Position numbers and translations under genes: made by a program. The notes below the pieces were generated by a model. That model was given only the letters and a program-made list of their open reading frames with translations. It made no database searches and was not told where the DNA came from. Below, piece after piece: positions 29,991 through 37,374 of a stretch of DNA of 37,374 nt; position 1 is the first letter of the stretch; every line of letters begins with the position of its first letter. This stretch comes from an uncultured bacterium. GTDB taxonomy: Bacteria > Hinthialibacterota > Hinthialibacteria > Hinthialibacterales > Hinthialibacteraceae. The DNA lies in the NCBI GenBank assembly GCA_964449065.1, contig CAYVAZ010000008.1, positions 1 through 37,374 on the forward strand. The letters are read 5' to 3'.

Positions 29991-30190
29991 AAAAACTTCG
30001 TCCATTCTACCGCTTTATAGAACACCCACATAGACCAATCCCCACCTGCTCCACAAATCAAAATCCTGCCCATCCCACCTATCCTAAAAATCTTGCTTCA
30101 GATTAAGAAATACTGCTATAACACCCTCAGACCTATCGCTTTATCTCTGTCCATCCGTGCCTCTGTGGTGAATTAACTGAACATCAGCGC

Positions 30191-30277
30191 GCCAAAGCCG
30201 CCGGCAAAATGCGCGTCGAAGGCAAAGACTACATCGTGCAGGAAGGCGATGTGATGCACTTTCGGTTTAGCACGTGA
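30191..30277 (+). pseudogene. ychF: 3'-terminal fragment of ychF (redox-regulated ATPase YchF)
   Basis: Translates as [28 protein letters not shown], the conserved YchF C-terminus; no upstream ychF sequence is present. Confidence 0.88.
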
Positions 30278-30286
30278 ATCCATGTC

Positions 30287-32692
30287 TTAATAAATCGCCC
30301 ATTCGTTCATCGAGGATGGTATACACCATTTTAAGATCACACCGTCCCGGTCGCCGCTGATGACGGTATGATTATCAGCGAATACCACAGCATCCACAGA
30401 ATTTGTATGCCCGGTAAAGGTATACAAGATTTCCCCCGTAAATGTATCTAATACATGAACATTATTTTTAATTAACCCAACAGCAATTTTTTGATTGTCC
30501 GGTGAAACATCTAACGAGATAATGGACCGCCAATCATCTGGGATTTGATGGACTAGTAATTCCGAGCCGGCCGCAAGATCAATGATATGTATTCGTTGGT
30601 TCGTCGCGGCCACAACCGCACGGTTGTCGGATGAGAACAAAACCGTATGAAACTGGTTGGTAAAAGAGGGAACATATAGATTTTGAAGCTGCTGTCCAGT
30701 TTCTGCATCCCATATAAAAATATTGGAGGGATCACCTACGGTGGCGATCAAGGTTCCATCTTGCGAATAATTCGCCGTATGGAGTGTACCACGAATTGAG
30801 CCGCTATGGCCGGATAATGTGAACTGAAAGTCTCGAGTTTCCACATCAAACACATCCAGTGCAAGCCGGGATTCGCTATTCATAAACAGTTGCGTTCCAT
30901 CCGGAGAAAACTCTAAAAAGGGGAATGGTGGAAAACAAAACGAACAGCGAAACCCCGCTATCCGTTCATCGGTAACAGCCGAGTGAACACGAACTGTACC
31001 TGCCCGGTTGATTGCATACTTTAACCCATCCTTGGACAAAGCCGCATTGTAGATAATCCCGTTGCTTCTACCTCCAAATTGTTTGACATTTTCTCCAGAA
31101 AATTCATTCCAAATTTTCGTTGAGCCATCTTTGCCAAAACTAAACAAAACCTTTTCGCTTGAGGAAAGCCCTCCCCCATTATTTGCAACGGTCAATTTCT
31201 GAACCGAACCATGATGCTTTGGAAACTCACTGACTGGCCGCAGATTATCCAAGTTATAAATCCGAAGTACGAAGCCGTAATCCATAACCGCAATCAATTG
31301 CCCGTCATCAGAGATTGACGGTGCGGGGATAGGGATGGGAATCCCGAAATCCGCATGCGTTTCGAGTGTCTGCTCATCCATAATAATTCCGTGCGATTCT
31401 TCAGATCGGTATCCCCCAAGGTATAACGAATTGGGGTAATGCACATTCTCAACCTCGTCAGCCGGTGGATGCACATCAATCACAGATGGTGTAAATCGTA
31501 AATCCCGCCGATTAATCAATTCTCCTGTTCCTACATCCCAGACACGAAGCGTTCCACTACTGCCGGTATATAAACGGCTGCCATCATTGGAAAAGGCAAC
31601 GGCATGTCCATTCAAATTTTGATCCGGGATTTTTGTAGAGACAGTGAGCCGGTCTATTCTTAGCGGGGGAATATATCCATATAAATCCATATCAGAAGCA
31701 ATATACGTTAAACGGATTGTATGCTCACCCATCGTTATTGGAACAAATTGAATTGCTTCACCTTGAATATCCTGCTTATTTTGAAGTTCGCCATCAATAT
31801 GGATACGTAAATGATCGGGATTCAGTAATTGTTCTGTATTAATATGATAAGACAAATAAGAATCTTCCTTTGCACTCACTGAAAACTCTACATACGTCTC
31901 GTTTGTTGTATTTTCAATGTCACCTACTTGTAAAGATTGCAATCCATCGGCAGCCCATTCTGTATTAATCACCCACGGCGACGATATTGAAGTCATCCAC
32001 CCTAGAGGAAGGGTATCTGAATCCTCAAAACTTTCTTGATATATGACTCCTTTTTCTTCATAAAATGATTGGATGGGAAAACCGGTAGTGATATCAAAAA
32101 TTTCAGCAATCCGGCGAGAACCGGATACCGCAACCGCTTGACTTTCGGGTCTAAATTGAAGGGAATGAATTCGTCCGGCATGCGTTTGAATTACAGTTTC
32201 CTCCTTTGAATCCAAAGGAATAAGATAGAGTTTTCCTACCCTTGTCCCCACGGCTGCCAGCTTGCCATTGCGAGATAGATTAATACATGTCAGCGGAGTT
32301 GAAAATTGTTTTATTCGTGAACCCTGTGCTGGATTTGCCATATCAATCTTTAAAACATCTCCATCATCACTCACGGCATACATATTTTGACTATCCGAAG
32401 TAAAATCCATGTCAGATATCGGGGCATCCGTTTCGTTCACAGCGGCTACAAACTTTGGTGGACTCGCTTCCCAAATATGAATACTGCCCGTCTCCGATCC
32501 CGTTACGATCCATTGACCGTTTGGAGCAAATGCCATAGCGGATGCTTTCCCCAATCCATATTGCAGACAAGGTTCACGGATAATATCTTCGGCAACCGCA
32601 CAAATGACAAAAAACAGAAAAAGGCACACAAAACAAATTTGCATCGTTTTTCTCATCACGAAATTAGTCATGAATAAACAATAGCATAACAC
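30287..32692 (-). CDS. Secreted WD40-repeat beta-propeller protein with an internal beta-sandwich insert
   Basis: Signal peptide (likely start MRKTMQ); many WD repeats (GSETGSIHIWE, GTLRVWD, GHTNSVDAVVF..GDRDGVILKW); insert ESFE..LPLGW..PWVI..SLQ; ends SSMNEWAIY. Confidence 0.88.
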   Translation of the reverse strand: MLCYCLFMTNFVMRKTMQICFVCLFLFFVICAVAEDIIREPCLQYGLGKASAMAFAPNGQWIVTGSETGSIHIWEASPPKFVAAVNETDAPISDMDFTSDSQNMYAVSDDGDVLKIDMANPAQGSRIKQFSTPLTCINLSRNGKLAAVGTRVGKLYLIPLDSKEETVIQTHAGRIHSLQFRPESQAVAVSGSRRIAEIFDITTGFPIQSFYEEKGVIYQESFEDSDTLPLGWMTSISSPWVINTEWAADGLQSLQVGDIENTTNETYVEFSVSAKEDSYLSYHINTEQLLNPDHLRIHIDGELQNKQDIQGEAIQFVPITMGEHTIRLTYIASDMDLYGYIPPLRIDRLTVSTKIPDQNLNGHAVAFSNDGSRLYTGSSGTLRVWDVGTGELINRRDLRFTPSVIDVHPPADEVENVHYPNSLYLGGYRSEESHGIIMDEQTLETHADFGIPIPIPAPSISDDGQLIAVMDYGFVLRIYNLDNLRPVSEFPKHHGSVQKLTVANNGGGLSSSEKVLFSFGKDGSTKIWNEFSGENVKQFGGRSNGIIYNAALSKDGLKYAINRAGTVRVHSAVTDERIAGFRCSFCFPPFPFLEFSPDGTQLFMNSESRLALDVFDVETRDFQFTLSGHSGSIRGTLHTANYSQDGTLIATVGDPSNIFIWDAETGQQLQNLYVPSFTNQFHTVLFSSDNRAVVAATNQRIHIIDLAAGSELLVHQIPDDWRSIISLDVSPDNQKIAVGLIKNNVHVLDTFTGEILYTFTGHTNSVDAVVFADNHTVISGDRDGVILKWCIPSSMNEWAIY

Positions 32693-32735
32693 ACAACATC
32701 CGTACGCAATAAGTTGTAATTTGTTGTGAATACAC

Positions 32736-33473
32736 CTAAAACCCGCCTGTCATGCGTTGATACGGTCCCGCGTACTTATCCGGCGTTTGTTTTGGGGTGA
32801 CCTGGTGCAGCGTCATGATTTCACCGCGGCTGTATATGCCGTTGCTTACATCGTACTGTACCTTGTCCGGCAGGGGGTTTTTCTGCTTCTTCAACTTCCC
32901 CGCTTCATCATGCCAATAGGGTGAGAGGCCGATCAATAAAAATTCTCCCGGCTCATCCACTTCTATTTTTCCATCAAATGGAATACTGCCATACGACCAT
33001 CCGGGATGCGTGTTATCCCGGTCTACAATCGGGTCCCAATCGATATACAAAAAACTTTCCGCGCCCGGGTTATCAAACAACTCGCCCGGCCATATCCATA
33101 CCTTTGCCCTCTCTTTCAGCCGCCACGGATCAAGCGGAATCGTGTTGAGATACGCAACCGGCGTTGTCAGCGGTGCGGTGATATCGCTCATCCACCGTGA
33201 ATATTCCGTATGAGCGCCCACACCATAATGCACTTCTTTGAGAATGCGGTGCGCCATATCGGTATCGTCATCCCACAAATCCATCAGCATCGCGCCGCGT
33301 TCCGCGTACATGGTTTTTACCGCTTGTGCCACCGTCTCTTGCTTTTGCAGCGATTCAGCGATTTTCACATTTACCTGCGCATCCATAAACTTGGGCAGCA
33401 TGACTGTAATCAGCATAGAAAGAATAAGCACCACAATTACCGCTTCAACCAGCAAATACCGCTTGGAATTCAT
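32736..33473 (-). CDS. Type IV pilin / pseudopilin-like protein with degenerate N-terminal motif
   Basis: ATG 33473 after GGAGGG; KRYLLVEAVIVVLILSMLITVMLPKFMDAQ; shares LTTPVAY..P.DP and Y..SNG..SRG.I with 34366-34938. Confidence 0.8.
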   Translation of the reverse strand: MNSKRYLLVEAVIVVLILSMLITVMLPKFMDAQVNVKIAESLQKQETVAQAVKTMYAERGAMLMDLWDDDTDMAHRILKEVHYGVGAHTEYSRWMSDITAPLTTPVAYLNTIPLDPWRLKERAKVWIWPGELFDNPGAESFLYIDWDPIVDRDNTHPGWSYGSIPFDGKIEVDEPGEFLLIGLSPYWHDEAGKLKKQKNPLPDKVQYDVSNGIYSRGEIMTLHQVTPKQTPDKYAGPYQRMTGGF

Positions 33474-33683
33474 CTCATCTCCCCCTCCATTCGTTTCTGC
33501 TTGTTTAAAACGTATCAAAAACATGAATTGTTGTGTAGAGATTAATGTTGTTTTCCAATATCTGAAACAAAAAACGATCCATAGGGTGCATGTCACTTCT
33601 CTCGCTGGTTATGCGGGGTAATACCATTTGCAAATAAAAACGTTCACTATGAATAACGGAACGCAAAACGTTTTTTATAATAG

Positions 33684-33750
33684 TGCAGGCATCTTGCCTG
33701 CAAAAGCATTTGGGGGAGATGTCCAACGCAAGAAGGACAGAGGGGGTGCG
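33684..33750 (-). repeat. REP-like elements (TGCAGGCATCTTGCCTGCA hairpin plus inverted copy of the 29934 element)
   Basis: Reverse complement of 33706-33750 matches 29934-29975. Confidence 0.7.
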
Positions 33751-33883
33751 AAGAGAACCATAAACCATAAAGATTCAACCGATTTTAAGAAGTAGTTTCC
33801 TCGGCAATCAAACAAAGCAATCTATTAAACCGTTTGGATTTGAGTGAACATCTCAACTTGGAAATGGTATAACCAATTCCAGA

Positions 33884-33968
33884 TTGGGTTCGCGAAGCAG
33901 TGGAGATCGAAGCGTAACCCAACGGCGCAAATCCCCCGGAGCCTGCGGCTCCACCCCCTTAAGGGGGG
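33884..33968. repeat. REP-like cluster (TTGGGTT..AACCCAA hairpin plus copy of the 69-110 element)
   Basis: aaatcccccggagcctgcggctccacccccttaagggggg matches 69-110. Confidence 0.75.
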
Positions 33969-33976
33969 TATGGAAC

Positions 33977-34309
33977 GGCGCTATATTGTGGAAACTAGAA
34001 AACCCCAACGAACTCAAACTCTACCGCCTGGGCAAACCGCGTGAAACCCTTACTCGCAGCCAAGGATACCTATCGTCGGCAGCCAATGATTCCACCCGCA
34101 TTCCACCCGGTCACCCCGAGGGCTTTTATGAAGGATTCGCCAACATCTATTGCGGCATCGCGGAAGCTATTCGCAAGCATATCGAAGGCAACCCCCTCAA
34201 GCCGAAAGAATACAACTTCCCCACGGTATATGACGGCCTGCGTGAGATGGAATTCATTTACAAAGCGGTAGAATCGAGTGAAAAAGGTACCGTGTAGGTG
34301 GAGGTGTAA
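33977..34309 (+). pseudogene. C-terminal remnant of a Gfo/Idh/MocA-family oxidoreductase
   Basis: W..ENPNEL..RIPPGHPEGFYEGFANIY..FPTVYDGLR.M.FI..AVES; no Rossmann domain; internal TAG at 34295-34297 followed by VEV*. Confidence 0.8.
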
Positions 34310-34313
34310 AACA

Positions 34314-34340
34314 GGCTCTGATTTAATTTAAACCAGAGCC
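34314..34340 (-). terminator. Putative intrinsic terminator downstream of the pilin
   Basis: GGCTCTG..CAGAGCC stem followed by TGTTTT on the minus strand. Confidence 0.5.
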
Positions 34341-34365
34341 CATATATTCCGGTTATTAGATTCGG

Positions 34366-34938
34366 CTACTTCCCAACCAGCGCGTCATTGCACGGAAACG
34401 ATGTCCGCGGGCCGGTGCGGATAATGTCACCCCGGCTTTTCAACCCATTGGTTGACGCATAACTGATTTGCCCGGTATCATTGAAGAAATCCGGACCGTA
34501 GCTGTTGATGCGCCATTCCGAACAGCGAAAGGCGGGGCTAAGCACTGTCGCACCGCTATAATTGACGGTCGCCCAGGCATCAATGTAATCATAGGTGGTG
34601 TAGGCTTCGTGTTGATCGACTAAAACTTGTCCAGGCGCACCAAACACAAAGGGGTCTTGCGGGACTTGTGAAATATACGCAATCGGGGTGGATAAACCAA
34701 TCAGTCTTCGTCCCACAGGATTGCGGTTGCTTCCGTCATCGTCTTTCCAGGGGGGATAGATATTGTTATCCATGCGGTACATCTCCAGCGCGGTGTCTAA
34801 TGTTTTCATATCCGATTCCGCGTTGGCAATCCGGGCTCTCATCTGCGCGTTCAAAAAATTGGGGACGGCAATCGCCGCCAAAATCCCGATGATGGCGACA
34901 ACAATCAGCAACTCAATCAGTGTAAAAGCTTTTTTCAC
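34366..34938 (-). CDS. Type IV pilin / pseudopilin with prepilin N-methylation motif
   Basis: KKA|FTLIELLIVVAIIGILAAIAVPNF; GTG start with AGGAGA RBS; C-terminal Cys pair. Confidence 0.93.
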   Translation of the reverse strand: MKKAFTLIELLIVVAIIGILAAIAVPNFLNAQMRARIANAESDMKTLDTALEMYRMDNNIYPPWKDDDGSNRNPVGRRLIGLSTPIAYISQVPQDPFVFGAPGQVLVDQHEAYTTYDYIDAWATVNYSGATVLSPAFRCSEWRINSYGPDFFNDTGQISYASTNGLKSRGDIIRTGPRTSFPCNDALVGK

Positions 34939-35104
34939 GTTCCATCTCCTTTTGCAGAGTCATCTCATTTAGTTTTTCTTTCGATTCACCCGATGACATG
35001 CTTGTTATTAAACATCTATTTTACTACATTACCGTAAAAAAGTGTATTTTTCTATACACCTTTTTTGTAAATTTCCGTTAAATCTCTCATCGCTTTGAAT
35101 CAAA

Positions 35105-35121
35105 TGCAATTCGTGTTCCAA
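35105..35121 (-). promoter_or_regulatory. Putative sigma54 (-24/-12) promoter for the pilin
   Basis: Minus strand TTGGAACACGAATTGCA = GG-N10-GC, close to TGGCACN5TTGCA; about 170 bp upstream of the pilin start. Confidence 0.6.
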
Positions 35122-35124
35122 AGA

Positions 35125-37044
35125 TTATGCCGTCTTTGTTTTCACGGCGCGGAAATAAATCCAAACACATACCGCTGCCAGAGCGGCAACAGAGACAATA
35201 TCAAATACAACCGCACTCATTCCGTCTCCGAAATGGAAAGACGTTATGTTCATAAACGCCAACGTTCCAATCAACACGCCCATCAATGATTCCCCCGCAA
35301 TCAGGCCGGAAGCGGTTAACAGCCCTGTCTTTTGCCGAATCTCATTCTGCCCGTCTTTCGCACGGGAAATAAAGTAATGAATCAAACCACCAATAAACAT
35401 CGACGATGAAAGCCCCATCGGCAGGTAGATTCCAATCGCGACCGGCATGATGTGCAGGCGGAACTTGGCGCCGCCTTTCTCTAAAAAGAAATCGATGATC
35501 TGCAAGACCACACCAATCGCGACGCCAATGTAAAACATATCCCACGGGATGGTGCCGCTGCCGAAAAATCCGTCGGTAAGGGTGGCGAATAAATTGGCCT
35601 GCGGCGCGGGCAGTTCTTCACCGCCGATCCCGCCGGTACCATTGTTGATGGACCCCTTATGCAGCACCGTCAGCACCGGCGCCATCACAAACGCGGATGT
35701 GAATACCCCAATGATTTGCATCATCTGCTGGTTGCGCGGCGTGGCACCCACCAACTGTCCCGTCTTTAAGTCGTTGCAAACATCACCGGATGTACAGCAA
35801 ACGCAGCACACAACCCCGGCTACACCCAATGTTGCAATGATTGCAACTGTGCCTGACCACCCAAACAGATAAACCAACGCCCCTGTGAACAAGACGGTGG
35901 TAATCGTCATCCCCGATACCGGGCTGTTCGAGTTCCCCACCAAACCGACGATGTAACTCGCTACCGCGGTAAAGAAGAACGACATAACAATCATGATGAG
36001 CGTAATGAGTGAAACGAGAGCGAACGAACCGGGCAGCATTCGGGTATATAAAATAAAGATAAGCACAACCGTCACCACAGACCAAAACGCGATAGTAGTA
36101 ATGCTTAAATCCTGCAACTCCTTTTTGGTTTCTACCCCGACGTTGCTTGTGTTAAATTTGCTCAACAATTCCGCGGTTGCGGCATAAAGCCCTTTTCGCA
36201 CTTTATAGAGTGAGACAATCCCACCGACGACCATCGTGCCAACCCCGGTATAGCGCACCTGAGTTGACCACAGCGTCCACGCGTCATCCATGGCAACGCC
36301 GGTATTTGCCTCATTCGATAACGCGGGAATCATGATCAACCAGCCGATCACTCCACCCATAAACACCTGCACGGATATCGAAAGCCCCACGATCACACCC
36401 ACCGCGATCAGTGCCGGCGAAACATCCGCGCCGAAATACATCACCCGGCTGCCGGCATACGCCGCCCATTCCACTGTGTGGCGAAACAAGCCTAAAAACG
36501 TGCCGAGAAATTTAAACATCCCGCCGACAATCAATCCTAAAAATACCGTAATCGCACCCGTGTTTGATTCTTCTTCTCCTTCACCCGCGCGCAGCACCGC
36601 CGCGCACGCTATCCCTTCCGGGAACTTTAATTCCGGGCTGTTCAACACAAACACCCGCCGCATCGGGATCATAAATAAGATGCCAAGCAATCCCCCAGTT
36701 AACGCGACCGAAGTCGTAATCCAATAATTAAATTCCGTCCAAATCCCGGTTAAAATCAGAGCGGGCATAGTAAAGATAATCCCCGCGGCCAGCGACTCAC
36801 CCGCGGAGGCGGAGGTTTGTACCAGGTTTGATTCCAGGATCGACTTGCGTTTCATAATGCCGTGCAAGATGCCCATCGCCACGACTGCCGCAGGAATCGA
36901 AGCGGACACCGTAATCCCGGCCCGCAGGCCCAAATACACATTCGCGGCCCCCATCACAATGGACAGCACGATTCCCAAGATGATTGACGCAACGGTTATC
37001 TCCCGTGTAATTGAGTTGTTGGACACATCCGTATGTTCAGACAT
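35125..37044 (-). CDS. Oligopeptide transporter, OPT family
   Basis: ANVYLGLRAGITVSASIPAAV, ESNLVQTSASAGES, LKFPEG, NSPVSG, DLKTGQLVGATP, LPAPQA, SGLIAGE; likely start MSEHT with AGAAGG RBS. Confidence 0.95.
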   Translation of the reverse strand: MSEHTDVSNNSITREITVASIILGIVLSIVMGAANVYLGLRAGITVSASIPAAVVAMGILHGIMKRKSILESNLVQTSASAGESLAAGIIFTMPALILTGIWTEFNYWITTSVALTGGLLGILFMIPMRRVFVLNSPELKFPEGIACAAVLRAGEGEEESNTGAITVFLGLIVGGMFKFLGTFLGLFRHTVEWAAYAGSRVMYFGADVSPALIAVGVIVGLSISVQVFMGGVIGWLIMIPALSNEANTGVAMDDAWTLWSTQVRYTGVGTMVVGGIVSLYKVRKGLYAATAELLSKFNTSNVGVETKKELQDLSITTIAFWSVVTVVLIFILYTRMLPGSFALVSLITLIMIVMSFFFTAVASYIVGLVGNSNSPVSGMTITTVLFTGALVYLFGWSGTVAIIATLGVAGVVCCVCCTSGDVCNDLKTGQLVGATPRNQQMMQIIGVFTSAFVMAPVLTVLHKGSINNGTGGIGGEELPAPQANLFATLTDGFFGSGTIPWDMFYIGVAIGVVLQIIDFFLEKGGAKFRLHIMPVAIGIYLPMGLSSSMFIGGLIHYFISRAKDGQNEIRQKTGLLTASGLIAGESLMGVLIGTLAFMNITSFHFGDGMSAVVFDIVSVAALAAVCVWIYFRAVKTKTA

Positions 37045-37313
37045 ATAACACCTTCTTATTTCAGTGGATTTGGACATCTCATCAACAGATGAAGAGAATG
37101 TCAAGAAGAAAGCACAACCTTCTTTTTGCGTCTTAATAACTGATGTTACGCAATCCATGATTGACGATTGCTTGAAAAATGGTTTTTGTTGTGAGCCAAC
37201 TATTCTTAGTCAAACGCAGTGTCTATCGTCTTCTCCCTTTGGGAGAAGATAAGAGATGAGAGCGATTGCTCCCTATGACGCAGTCGCGTCATTAGAGGTT
37301 TATTCCTCCCGAA

Positions 37314-37347
37314 CCCTCACCCCGGCCCTCTCCCGGTGGGAGAGGGT
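37314..37347 (+). repeat. REP-like palindrome CCCTCACCCCGGCCCTCTCCC..GGGAGAGGG
   Basis: ccctctccc-ggt-gggagaggg hairpin. Confidence 0.7.
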
Positions 37348-37374
37348 GATAGATTCAGCGAACGATTAGAAAAA

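Noticed and set aside
34295..34297. In-frame TAG as pyrrolysine or readthrough
   Set aside because: The gene is already a 5'-truncated remnant, and TAG serves as a normal stop elsewhere in the window (for example 2501 and 20302)

Overview
A 37.4-kb bacterial scaffold segment with one 10-N gap at 28744-28753. The left part is housekeeping and envelope genes: aldo/keto reductase, parvulin PPIase, GT-C glycosyltransferase, MsbA-like ABC exporter and the polA-coaE-rho operon. The centre is an unusual type IV pilus / type II secretion-like locus on the minus strand. It encodes a sigma54 activator with no sensor domain, a secreted protein with an FG/RGG-rich low-complexity region and two cohesin-like domains, a PilM-PilN fusion with a GGM tail, a TPR-rich membrane-anchored protein in the PilO/PilP position, and a TPR-extended secretin. 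Next come an iscA plus Cys-rich MarR operon with a palindrome over its -35 box, a hydrolase and a radical SAM/SPASM enzyme. The right part is an accessory zone: two AT-rich orphan PD-(D/E)xK nucleases around an orphan antitoxin-like gene, a ychF 3' remnant, a secreted WD40 protein ending in a WxxY motif, two paralogous pilins (one behind a sigma54 promoter), an oxidoreductase remnant and an OPT transporter. Intergenic DNA is crowded with several REP/MITE-like families, yet no transposase lies in the window. The pilin style and the C-terminal WxxY motif suggest a candidate phylum such as Hinthialibacterota (OLB16) or Sumerlaeota; this is inference from recalled patterns and was not searched.
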